NCBI GenBank assembly: GCA_044892505.1
Contig: CM097882.1
Coordinates: 265,918,001 to 265,982,000 of the forward strand
Direction: 5' to 3'
Length of the DNA stretch: 64,000 bases
Source: Schmidtea nova
Lineage: Eukaryota
Shown: positions 12,434-24,494 of the stretch, one piece after another
How positions within the stretch are numbered: the stretch's first letter is position 1
Layout of the letters: every line of letters starts with the position of its first letter
Program-made: the position numbers and the translations under genes
The notes under the pieces: generated by a model
The model's input: only the letters and a program-made list of their open reading frames with translations
Databases searched by the model: none
Told to the model about the DNA's origin: nothing

Positions 12434-12775
12434 TTAATTAAATAATCTCAATAAATTCGTTGCTGATTGAATATTAATTGTAGGGGATTGTGATTTAATC
12501 ACCAACGCCTCACATAAAATTCTTTCCCATTTATTGTTAAAGTTTTTTAATATAATTTTAAAATCTTTTAAATCAGTTTCTCCTTTACACATTTTTCTAT
12601 GCTCAATAAAATTACTCACACCTTTCAATCGGCTATGTTCCTGAACCCGTGTGCGGAGATGACGGGAAGTCTCTCCAATGTATGTGGCATTGCAGCCATT
12701 ACATGAAAACTTATACACTAGATCAGACACTAAACCTATTGGGGTTTGAGATTTAAATCTTTATCACATGTCAAT
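12434..12775 (-). mobile_element. Penelope-like retroelement 3' fragment (GIY-YIG endonuclease domain)
   Basis: FKSQTPIGLVSDLVYKFSCNGCNATYIGETSRHLRTRVQEH...LCEALVIK...PTINIQ: VYK...YIGET motif, RxxEH, catalytic E and N typical of PLE GIY-YIG. Confidence 0.92.
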
Positions 12776-12974
12776 TTCATGAATGTGAATTTGAAATGCA
12801 CCTGGCCGTCGAATAACGCGGAGGTTAGGTTCTACCCGGATACTACAAATTTCTAGTTACAAAAAACAAAACAAAACTGTATTATACGAGTGTCTAGTTA
12901 CGCGTTATAAGAAGGTTTTGCGGAAATTGCAATTCACGTTATAAAAGTGTCGCGTCTCAAACGAGGATCAGGAG

Positions 12975-13030
12975 TACACACTTGATAAAGGCTGTGACAA
13001 AATATCTTGTACTTGATAATCAAAAAAATT
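12975..13030 (+). repeat. Third, degraded copy of the TTGATAAAGGCTG terminal segment
   Basis: TACACACTTGATAAAGGCTG is identical to 11666-11685; stem II and GAAA are decayed. Confidence 0.75.
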
Positions 13031-13933
13031 TTTGATATACAATCATACAATTATGAAAATTGCTAATATCGTTTCAATAAAACAGAAAAATATATGAACA
13101 AAATAAAACATGTATTTCAGTTGAAAAATAATTATTAATTTTTTAATATGTTTTTATTACAAATTTAACATTGCCAATTGAATTACGTTAAGTCCAAAAA
13201 AACCAATACAATAGTACTCCTAGAAAATGAGTGTCTAAAATGAGTTTCGCATCGGGTTGCTACTAATGTTGGAGCCGGTCCTGAAGAAATGGATAAGAAT
13301 ATAAAGGGGTTAGGGTGTTAAGGCACTCTTGATTTAAGTTGAGCAACAAAAAGATGCAACTGTAATCCACATTATATATTGAGAACTTTGGTATAGTTAA
13401 TAATGCCAAAAAAAGAATCAAAGTTGAAAAACATTCTATACGAGCTGTCACTCATTATGTGCAAATGAGACACATATTAACGGCAGTAGGCAGTAATTTT
13501 GTGAGTTTTTGTTTTACTTTAAATATTTTAATATTATAATAGTATTTTGTTTTTTGAAATTAAACACAATTATGCTTTTTTATAAAAATTTGAGGATTTT
13601 TTATGTGTTTAAATATTTGAAAAATGTATATTTTAAGTGTAAATTTTATATAAATGATAATTTGTCTTTCAATGAGGTTCTTCAATACTTAGAATCTCCA
13701 AAGTTCTGTTGGACGTGTTGTTCAAAAAAAAATTCGGTTCGGACATTTCGCTATTCTCAGTCTTTCACTTACGCTAGGGTTACAACACGCACATAAAACC
13801 TTACTGCTCACGCACCCATAAATACCTTATTTATTTACGTTGGTACCGTGCATGACAGCCGACTGCAAATCGACAGGTGAGCTTCTTTACAAGAACTACT
13901 ATCGATTTGTCACTCGTACGGGTTCTACTAGAC

Positions 13934-14558
13934 CAGTGTTGTCCAAACCTTTTTGAGCCACGGCACACTTGGCTGAATTAAAAATTTTCGCGGCACACCT
14001 AAATTTTTTTTGTTGCTTTTTTTTGCAATTTTTTTTTGCATTTTTACTAATCTTTTAATAAGAAATGAAAAACTTATTTACTTGAAATAAATTTAATGTA
14101 AAAAATTTTAAATTTAGAAAAATTAGTGAATGAAAAATTCATAAAACATAGGTAATGAGATTTATGTGCTTGATGTTCCGAACAAATAAGTTCCAATCGT
14201 GGTGGAATTTTTGACAAACAAACTCTTAATTCTTGATCAATGTTAACCATACATTCCTGCTTCTTTTATTTAATTGTGGTAAGAGTTAAAAATCCCAGTT
14301 CACAGTATTTTAGATTGTCAATATTTCTAGTAAGAAATATAAATATGATTGTAAACAAATAAATTTCGCACTTAATTGACTGATTATCATTTAAATTTGA
14401 AATAACTGTTAAAATATCCACAATTCAATTTCCTTTTATTGAGTTGTTTGGAAAAACAGAGTTTTTTTGAGTTTTTTAAAAAAAATTTCAAGGCACATCT
14501 GAACACCCGCCACGGCACACCTGGGCACCCGCCGTGGCACACAGTTTGGACAACATTG
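13934..14558 (-). mobile_element. Non-autonomous hAT (Buster/Charlie) deletion derivative
   Basis: TIRs CAGTGTTGTCCAAAC / GTTTGGACAACATTG; 8-bp TSD TACTAGAC/TATTAGAC with central TA; internal minus-strand transposase C-terminus YCELGFLTLTTIK...DQELRVCLSKIPPRLELICSEHQAHKSH. Confidence 0.92.
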
Positions 14559-15573
14559 TATTAGACCAATAGAAGGTAATGTTATTTCCCTACTCTCACC
14601 CTTGCGCTGGTCACTAATTTCAGGTGTCCTTTGTCAATCCACTAATTAAACCTTATTCATTTTTTCGTCGGGAAAACAATTTCGAGCAATAATTTAATTT
14701 GGATAGAAACACAAAATTATTCAAATACTAATACGAAAGCAACAGAGATGGTTATATAATACATATAATTATATCACATAACACAATTACACCACAAGTT
14801 CATTTAGTCGTCCTTTCATTGTCAATGGGTGTTGTATTTGAGTCTGTCGACGACTTCGTCAGATATTCTTTGAGACGTCGCTTCGCACGACGCCGTCGTT
14901 GTGCATGGGTGCGTCGGAGTTTATTAATGTTTAGTCAAAAAATTATACAAACATCGCAGCAGCCTCCCATTTAGTTGGATTACGGTCTTCCACCACAACG
15001 ACTGGCATGCTTCAATAAATCAAAGTAGAAAATGGAACCCACCCACCCTAATATATTTTTAAATAAAAAACAAATAAAATCTTATCTTTAATTAATAAAT
15101 AATTTAAATTACAGATTAATTAATTTACCGTTTCCAAAGGTTTCTCTCGGAACGTTGAAATAATTTGTTATCGAAAATAAAAGTATAAATTACTAATAAA
15201 TATTACAAATTAAATTTGTTTAAATTAATTGTTTTTACTGAAATGCGTTTATTTAAAAATAATAACAAAATATTTTCTAAAAACTATTTATAATTTACTA
15301 AATATTTTTTAGATTATTAGTTTTCACTGAAATAAAAAAATTTTAAATACAAAAGTGTCCTAAAATAATCACTTAAAGTTTAATTAATAATACTAATCTT
15401 GTTTAAATTACTTATTTTCTTTAAAATGCGAAAAATTGAAATTGTTATCAAAAAATTTAATTTCACTTAAATTATCTAACATATTACGTAATATACGTTA
15501 ATTGTTTTCTTTAAATATCCTTTATTTAAAAATAATTACTAAACTTGATAAATTAAATTCATAAACTGAATTA

Positions 15574-16072
15574 CCGTAATACTCGTGTATAAACCGATCC
15601 GTATATAAGCCGAAGTGAGTTTTTATAGTCAATTTTTTGTCCAAAATCAAGTACCCGTATATAAGCCGAGGTAAAAAAAAATAGCTAAAATCTGACGAAT
15701 TATTTAAATAATCACAAAATCTTGTTTTTGACATGTGCACAATTTGAGAAATTCACAATTGAGCAACATGTTAGACAAAAAATTGTTTTTTGGGAAAATT
15801 TTTATTTCAAAGTATATGTAAATAATTCAACAATAATAATTTAATGCACATTTTAATAATTACATTTTGAAATACCGAGTGTTTGCACCAAAGTTTTTTG
15901 CAAACAATAAATACTAGTATAAAATAAATATTATAATTTTAATTTTATGATTTAAATTAATTTTTTGGCTGGCAAAAAATATTGGTCTTTGTTACCCGTG
16001 TATAAGCCGAATGGAAAAAATTAGCTTAAAAAATTGCCCAAAATTTGTCGGCTTATACACGAGTATATACGG
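15574..16072. mobile_element. pogo/Tigger-type (Tc1/mariner) MITE
   Basis: TA TSD; TIRs CCGTAATACTCGTGTATAAACCGA / TCGGCTTATACACGAGTATATACGG; internal repeats CCCGTATATAAGCCGA. Confidence 0.9.
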
Positions 16073-17526
16073 TACTTTTTCTAGATACAAACAACTTTTT
16101 ATTAATTATTTTAAAAATAAATACTTTAATAAAATTTATTAATTTTTTATTCAGAAATAATAATAATTTTAAAATAATTTGTGTTACTCTTAAATGAAAA
16201 AATTAACAAATATTGTAAAAATAGACCTGCATAACCAACCTAACCTATTTTGACTTCTGTTTTCTCCATATATTAAAAATTCTCCATATATTAAATGCGT
16301 AAATAATTTAAATTAAAAGTAAATTTATAAATTAAAAATAAAGTTACATTTTTCCAATTTAGTTTGAAAATAATTTATAAATATCTAAATAAAAAGAAGA
16401 TTTATTATTAAAAATTAAAAATAATTCTTACTTACAAATTTGAATAATCCTAAAATTTAAATATTTAATTTAAAATAATATAACAAAGACTTACTTGATT
16501 AATTAAAAAATTTTATTTTTAACAACACACTTGTTTTTAAATTTCATAAAACTAAATTAGACCGATAAATTAAGGTAAACTATAATTTTTAATATAACTT
16601 TGAAAATTTTATTTATTTTATAATTTGCAATCTAACTTATATTAAGATTTTATATTAGAGTTTGTGATAAATTTTATTTACACTTTCAAATTAGTTGAAT
16701 TATCAAGTGAAAAATCGGAGTTTTTCGTTTAACTTTTAATAAACCTTGTTCTTGAATGACTCAATAATATCAATTAAACATCTCGGAGTTTGTAAATCTT
16801 GCGTTCAAATTGCCATACTTATGTGTTTTTATCAAACATTAGGATTTTGGATCCCTTGGATCAAAAATGATAGACTAATGACGTCATCTTATTACATGGA
16901 CTTGGATTGGTCAAAGATGATATCAGCTTTTTAAAATTTTTAAAAAAATATTCTTTGTTTTTCAATTCCTATTTCTACCAACGAAAAAAATAAAATATAA
17001 TTTTTTTTGATTATATAAAACCAATTTGCATTGTCATTTTGATTTTGGGTTTTCTCGATATTGGTTCTTAGCTTGCGCTTAGTGTCTGATATTTTTAATA
17101 GAGAGTTATTGTTATTTTGTATTATATACATAAGATTTTGTTAGTAATTACAAATTGTCTTCTTTATTTTGAGTATTACAGCCTGTAAATATAGTCTTTA
17201 AAATTGCAATTTTGTTTAAAAAATAATAAATTAACAGTGTTAATTTACACTATTTTTCCATGCGTTCCGATTCTTTTTTTTAGAAATTAAGCCCTGATAT
17301 CGACTTATTATAGTAAAAGGTTGTTGTAGTTTTAATGGATGCTGATTGTAATTGACATGTACTGTAGTTAATATTTTATACAAAAATTATCATGCACATA
17401 TGCTTTATCAAAAATTTGGATTTGGGAACCGGGTCAATCAAAGCTGATAGGCGAATTGTGCTATCTTATTACATGGGATGCGATGGGTCAAAACTGATAG
17501 GATAATGTTGGTATCATGGGGTAGAG

Positions 17527-17600
17527 CAGGGCTCCTTAAACTTTATTCATTCACGACCCCATTTATGATGACGAGTTTTTTGGCGACCCCATATAAATAT
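17527..17600. mobile_element. Orphan hAT left end
   Basis: TAGAG|CAGGGCTCCTTAAAC followed by CGACCCC subterminal repeats; no right end seen. Confidence 0.45.
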
Positions 17601-18949
17601 AAAAGAAATATAAAATTTCTGTGATGATTTATTGATTATGTAAAAATATACATACATATGAAAAAATAAAGTTTCAGAATTTGTTTAAAAACATACAAAA
17701 ATAGAAAATTAAAAATTTCACAATGGAAATTTCAGATTGAATTTTTTTCTCCAACTCCTCAATTAAATTCTGAAATTTGCGTTAAATAAATAAAAAATTA
17801 TCGATTTTTTACTGTTTGTATTCATTTGATTTAATAATGCTTTTGTTTCTTATTAGGTAATTTTTAATTGACCGATTTGAAAATTAATTTTTTGAATATC
17901 TTTATCATTTAATTTTTGAATTTCTTCTTTATCGTTGATATTGAACGTAATATTTTCCTAAATTGATAGTTATATATTTTAAATTTTATGAATATTTTAA
18001 TTTACATCACGTTCTTTAATTTTCGATTCCAAATCAATAATTTCATCTTTTAATTTCTGTATTTCACTTTCTAACAGTCGATTCTTTTCCCACAATTCAA
18101 AATTCAACAAGCACCTAATGGGTGCTTGCTGTGTATTCAATTTGTAAATTTTTTGTGGAGACCTTTATTTTTCTGATCTTGGTTTTAAGTAGCTACTAAG
18201 AGTTCCTTAGAAACTAAAAATGCACAAAAGTTTAAAAGATTTTTTTTGTGTTGGTCCGTTTTTTTCTTATATTTACTATTTACCCCCTTGTTATTAACTA
18301 AATAATTAAAATAATTATTCCCTTTTTGTTATTGCTAGATAGCTACAAATAAAACAATTGCTTTATTCTGTTATTGACAATTTAATTGTCTGTTTTGATA
18401 TATGGACAATTTTCTATTTGATCTTTTGAGAAATAATCTATTAACTAATATTTATAGTTTTTATTTATTTAATATTTTATTTAATATTCTTATTTAGAAT
18501 TAAATACACATATACACACACATTAAATTACCAATTTCATATAAATATAGAGAATTAAATATCTATTTTTGACGAGAATAAAAATAACAAGATTAAATCA
18601 CAAAATTGTTAAATTGTTATAAAGTAGTTTTAATTACATAGTTATATATTGATAGTCACAATGTGATTGATTGGGGATTTGTTGACTTGGATTGACTAGT
18701 GATTGGGATTATATCTATACAAGATGTAGAATTACGAATGTGATAAAATCACGAAATGTCATTAATTCGATTGTATTGATTTTTTGATGTGTTTGAGAAC
18801 AGGGACTGCACATATTATGTTAGATCAATTATTATTGTGGGGATCGGAATGGGTTTCCGTGTAAATATTTATTCGGTCACTGTTAGGCCCCATTCTATAA
18901 TATTTATTTAGAACGAATGTCTGGATGGGCTTTCCTTGATCATCAAACA

Positions 18950-19400
18950 TCATCGCACACGCAAAATATAATCACAAAATTTCATCATACTAAACTGCAA
19001 TGACATAGAAAATACATCAAAAATTTTCAAAAATATACAAAATATCAAAAATACCAAAAATACATAGAAAATCATCAGACACAGACAAAATATCATCACA
19101 TATGAGATATCATCACTGAATTTCATCATATTATAGTGCAATATAGAAAATACATAAAAAATTCATAAAAAATTCACACAAAATATCATAAATACTTATA
19201 AAATCATCAAAAATACACAAAATATCAAGAATACATAGAAATTCATCACACACAAAATATCAAAAAGATACATAGAAATTTATTACACGCATACAAAATA
19301 TCATCACATACGTGAAATATCATCACAAAATGTCGTCATACTGTAGATTGATAACATAGAAAATACATAAAAATTAATCACAAAAGAATTATCCACACAA
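18950..19400. repeat. Degenerate A/C-rich minisatellite
   Basis: Recurring CATAGAAAATACAT / AAAATATCATCACA units. Confidence 0.75.
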
Positions 19401-19667
19401 AACTTGAAATATTAAGAAAGTGTATCAGTAATATATGTATACAATGTGTGTATGTTACTGGATAAAATTAAAATATTGTGTAATTGATCGAAACTCATCA
19501 TGGGAAATGTTAATATTTGTTGTTAAAATTGTAACAGTAATAAATATGTGTCTAATAAGCTTAGGTAGATAAAAAAAATCACAAAAGAGGTTGTGCTAGA
19601 AAGGTTCTGCTACTGAATAAAATTGTAAAAATAATAAGTGAAAATGAATCTTTCAAACATCAACGTA

Positions 19668-19782
19668 GGTTCTGTTTTATCTTTCATTTCGGAATGGGTT
19701 TCACGATATGGCATTCCAAGACAAATTATTAGCGACAGAGGAGCGCAATTCGAATCACAGCTCTTTACCTTTTTATCGGAAA
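19668..19782 (+). mobile_element. pol: Gypsy integrase core, 5' piece (continues at 22194)
   Basis: SFISEWVSRYGIPRQIISDRGAQFES contains the second catalytic D (SDRG) of the rve domain. Confidence 0.9.
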
Positions 19783-19962
19783 GCAGTGCTTCGTTCCATG
19801 AGTGTTTAATGGACATCGCAACCACACCAAAAATCAGAATACCTTGGTGTGATTTCCGGTTGCTGGGTATGAGTAATGATTATATTTTGGATATAATTTC
19901 TTCAATCGAATGTCAACAATTTCCATTGTCATGTCATCAGACAAATCCGACATAATCTCACA

Positions 19963-20130
19963 CCAATCCATCAAAGAGTGTTTTGGAGTCTTTATTATTA
20001 TGTCGATGTATCTGTTGTTTCATTGTATATTTTATGCACCATAATAGCTCTCGTTAGTAATGTTTGGATATATATTTAACTGTATGTGTTTATTTGTGTC
20101 CGTTTGAATTAATAATTGCTAATTTTGATT
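19963..20130 (+). pseudogene. Captured C-terminal fragment of a hydrophobic (membrane?) protein
   Basis: Open frame PIHQRVFWSLYYYVDVSVVSLYILCTIIALVSNVWIYLTVCVYLCPFELIIANFD*; no recognisable family. Confidence 0.3.
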
Positions 20131-20444
20131 AAATAAACTAATATGTTTGTTGATAATAACATGATATACTATGATTAGAGATGTTATAATCATTTAATGC
20201 CTTGTCTTATTTATATGTAATGTTGTGTAAATTATCTATGTAAAAATTTTGCAATACTTAATATTTTGTCATTTTTATAAATAAAAAAAACGTTTGTTTA
20301 TAAAAGGTTAGCGGATACCGCAGAATAAATTTAAAAGATATGAGTTATCGAGTTTTTGATAAATAAATTAAAAAATATATTTATTCAATTCAAAAGTACC
20401 TTTGACAACTTTAATTCAAAATTATAGTTAATAAATTATAAATT

Positions 20445-22145
20445 ATGGATTCTATGGTGTGTGTTCATGATAGATATTATGAATGCTTTCTAAAAACAGC
20501 TGATTATAAACTATTGAGGATATGCTTCAAATGTTTATCGACTATTGTGAAAAACAATCAGCAATTCAGTAGATTGACTAGAATGAAATATCTACAAGAA
20601 TCATTTGATTTGATATCCAACAGTTTGGATATAAGTTCTTCAATCGAATGTGAACAATTATGTGAGATTATGTCGGATTTGTCAGATGACATGACAATGG
20701 AAATTGTTGACAATTACAATGAATTATGCTGTAAATTAATAGTACTGATGTTAGAGCGGGTTGATGAGAAATTGGCAATGAATTGTTTGTGCAAATATCT
20801 AGACCATAATCAGGTTGATACTAGCAACGACAGCAAATACCTAATGATTATCAAGTCACTTTGCATTCATCCACATTCGCTTTTGATGGCATTTGCCCAC
20901 GGCAATAAAGGCAAATTTTTTCAAGATCTTGCAATGATGCTGGGTATGAGTAATGATTATATCAAATGCGTTGTTTGCTACATCTTGGATGTGCTGATTG
21001 ACACGGACCCGGAACTGGTCTCCTGCCTGAAGATGGAAGACATCCTGTCTACTGGTTGATATCATTATCAACCGCGATATCATTGCCAGTCACCACCTGT
21101 GCACCAATGCGACAATTTTAATGATAATTTTACTACGAAGCAGTGCTTCATTCCATGGATGTTTAATGGACATCGTGCAAACTTCCTTCGTGATACGAAA
21201 ATTGATTCTGTCATATGATAAAGAAATTGTTTACGCGAAATACGGAATAAAAATTCCGGACTTACTACTGTCTTCCGAATCCAATGGCGATATAGTTGCT
21301 CATTATTTCACGCAGTCATCAAACGTTACAGAGTACTTATTCGATCTCCTCATTACTGGTAAAAGTTTAATACCGCGCGTTATTAAATGTCTGAAGGCAT
21401 TTGTCAATTGTAAAATATTCTGTCAAACAAATATTTGCACATATGGTTTGACAAATGTCCTACGGTGTTGCCAGAACTATCTAGACGTTCAACATGTAAA
21501 AACACAAGAATTAAAAATCGCCGTTACTGATATTAAAAAAATAACATTAAATATATGGTTTTATGCAAATTATGGAATTATGAATGGACCAGAATCAGAC
21601 AATTATATCAACGCAATCCGATTTATTATACAAGCATCTTCTAATAAGAAAGCCTTCAGTGGAACACTCCCTTATGAGATCCTTCTTGGGGGATTACCCG
21701 ATGATTTCAAGCGACCTTTGGTTTGTCCTGGAATTCATCTTACATTTCTATTTGGCATAACTGAGTGTATGGTAATAATTTTCCATAAATTGAATACAAC
21801 TTATAAATATCCCAAGACACCCAAATTTACCGCATTAGGAGTAATAACCGATAACATTAAAGTGACGAGAAACTATAATATCGATAAAATCACTTACTAC
21901 GTACGTTTCTTGGAGCCAAATAGATATAATGTTCCATGCCTTTTAAAAATAATTATTTCCGAATATTGTCCGGTGATTCAAATTCAAAGTGAAAGTTCAA
22001 TTCACAGTTTCAAGTCCCCATACACAAATACAGTTGCCAAGCAACACAAACTTCGGCCACCGGAACTCTACGAAGTAGTATTGAATTTATTTGTAGAATT
22101 ATTTAAAATTAGTTTCGGGGGAACAAAAATAAAATTGATGAATCG
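20445..22145 (+). pseudogene. Intronless about 570-aa helical-repeat (ARM/HEAT-like) protein gene with one frameshift near 21030-21057, truncated by fusion to integrase
   Basis: ORF 20445-21059 and the frame of 21121-22239 (open upstream as VDIIINRDIIASHHLCTNATILM) overlap. Leu/Ile/Cys-rich amphipathic helical pattern; family not identified. Confidence 0.6.
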
Positions 22146-22193
22146 GCAACCACACCAAAAATCAGAATACCTTGGTGTGATTTCCGGTTCATC

Positions 22194-23200
22194 AAACTTG
22201 GCATCAAACGACTGCGTTCGACTGCATATCATTTGCTGACGAACGGCCTCATCGAGAGATTTCACCGGACACTCAAGCAATCGCTACGTATACTTTTTCT
22301 AAACTATCGCTGGACAAAAGCTTTGCCTTTTGTGTTATTGGGTTGGAGAAACACACCATCCAAGACAACCGAATCGTCCCCAGCTCAATTACTCTTCGGT
22401 TCCCGACGAGCTCATCGACTTCGGGGAGCAACCAACGATCTAAGAACTTATTACCGCCAGACGTCATTTCCTTGAAATTGATGGAAATCCAATCTTTTCG
22501 TCAGCAAACACCGAAAAACCTTTTTATACCGAAATCTCTATCTTCTGCTAAACACGTATGGATTCGTGCTATCGCTGATTTTGCACTAAAGCCTAGATAT
22601 ACTGGACCATTTCGACTATTAGGTATAGTCGGGAACTTTGCAACAGTCGACATTAACGGTTCATCCGAAACAATCTCTCTCACACTTATTAAACCGACAT
22701 TCGGACTTTCGAAATTTGTCCCTACTTTAACTACTTTAACAAACAGTTCAGCACAGACCAATAAAAAATCTGTCAATTCGAGATCTCCACCCATTCTTCC
22801 AGACGTGGATTTAACTATTCCTTCACCGATCGTGCTTACTGAAAATACTTGTTCGCACGAAGCAGATATATCTTCTACACATATAACCAATTGGCCTTCT
22901 AGCTCTGATGGCAAGAACACCACCGGTAGCCCGGAAACAATCGGTTCACCGGCTTACAACGAAACTCCTAGACCACTTTCAATTTTGAAAGAATCTCCCA
23001 TGGCTCATTCTAAGACTGCTTCTACTACAAAGCATCGCGTCACAATCAATCCATGGGTTCGCGAACGCCGTATAGGAGATAATCCTAACGCTCCAACTAG
23101 ACTGCATCGAATACTGTGAATATAATCTTTTCGATCTTTCCTTTTACCTTTTGTTTCTCTTGTCGCCGCACTTGCGTTTTCTTTACCACATGTTGTTCGG
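22194..23200 (+). mobile_element. pol: Gypsy integrase 3' piece and long C-terminal tail (frameshifted)
   Basis: KLGIKRLRSTAYHLLTNGLIERFHRTLKQSLR...ALPFVLLGWRNTPS; PRYTGPF (GPY/F motif); tail ...RRIGDNPNAPTRL resembles 32365-32400. Confidence 0.93.
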
Positions 23201-24199
23201 TTCGTATCAGTGACTACGAAGAACACAGATAAGCTAATTCGATACTAAATAACTTTTAATTGATTACCGGACTCCAAACGATAATCCGCTTATTTGCATA
23301 TAAATAAAATATGTGTTTTGTTGCGTGTAAATAAGAAAACAAGGTTTTGTAAAATTAGTTTTATTAATACAATACAATGTACAAAAAAGGTGTTTTGATA
23401 ATAGTGCAATGGCTGCTATGTCTAAAGGTAGATAATTGGTTGTTCAAACCGTCCTCAGATTTAAATAAACGAAAGCTGGACCTAAATGGCTCACAGCTCC
23501 GACTAAGAGATTGGACAAGAAGATGAGGGATTCCCGGTAGTTTGCGCAATAGTAATAACCCAGAATTGGTTATTACTTTTTTTCCTAATGAATTTCCCGT
23601 CTGATATTTTATTAGCTTATTAGATTGTTCTGAAGGAACAAAATAGTAAATAATACTATTGTTCCGTGATCGCACAAAATATAATATATATAATAAAATT
23701 AAAATTTACCAAATAGCTAAATAACTCCAAAGATTTGTAACTCAATTTAAAATTTGTTTATTACTGTCTCACAAAATTTGTTACTCTAAATTAACTTCTT
23801 AAAATTTTTCAACTAAAATAGTTTACTACTGTTTTTCAACTGATTACACTCAGTTTAAATATCAATGCTTGCTATGCGTAGGTCTAGACGACCAAACGCT
23901 ATTTCTTCGTGTAGGTCAAATTTGACCTTTAAAATCTACCAATTTAAAATTAAAGTAATTTATTATTACTATTTTAACTAGATTTATTATTATTATTATT
24001 ACTATAATTATTATATATCTATTCTTAGTAATTATTTATTATTATATTTATTTTCTATCTATTTCAAGTAATTATAAATTGCTATTTATATTTATATTTA
24101 TTTATAATATTTTTTATCAACAATGCATACAAAAACCCGAGATCCTTTGATCTCGAACCCTAACAATGTTACTTCTCCGCAGCTTTCGTTGGGGGCTAA

Positions 24200-24494
24200 T
24201 GTGGTGATATAATTAATACATAAATAAATAAAATATTTATATTAAAAATAAATTCAACAATACCAAACGTTTTTTTTTAAAATACAACCAAATTAAAACA
24301 AGCGTTAATACTTTCAAATTACATTATCTTTCAATGCACATAGTGAAATAGTTTTTTAATTAAACATTCTTAAAACCTATTTAAAAATATTACATTTAAA
24401 ATAGTTTAAATAAAAATGAATATAATAAAGTATATATTTAATTTATATTTAATATAAATATTATATTTATTTATATATTAATTATATCACCACA
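24200..24494. repeat. 295-bp TG...CA element with about 45-bp imperfect terminal inverted repeats
   Basis: TGTGGTGATATAATTAAT / ATTAATTATATCACCACA; no TSD seen. Confidence 0.6.

Noticed and set aside
12800-12960. pogo-like MITE (CGAATAACGCG / CGCGTTAT motifs)
   Set aside because: Only partial subterminal motifs; no matching TIR pair or TA TSD could be defined.
22273-23226. Minus-strand ORFs over the integrase (also 27400-27642, 28681-29107, 30614-30892, 31166-31429)
   Set aside because: Antisense shadows of the real coding frames.
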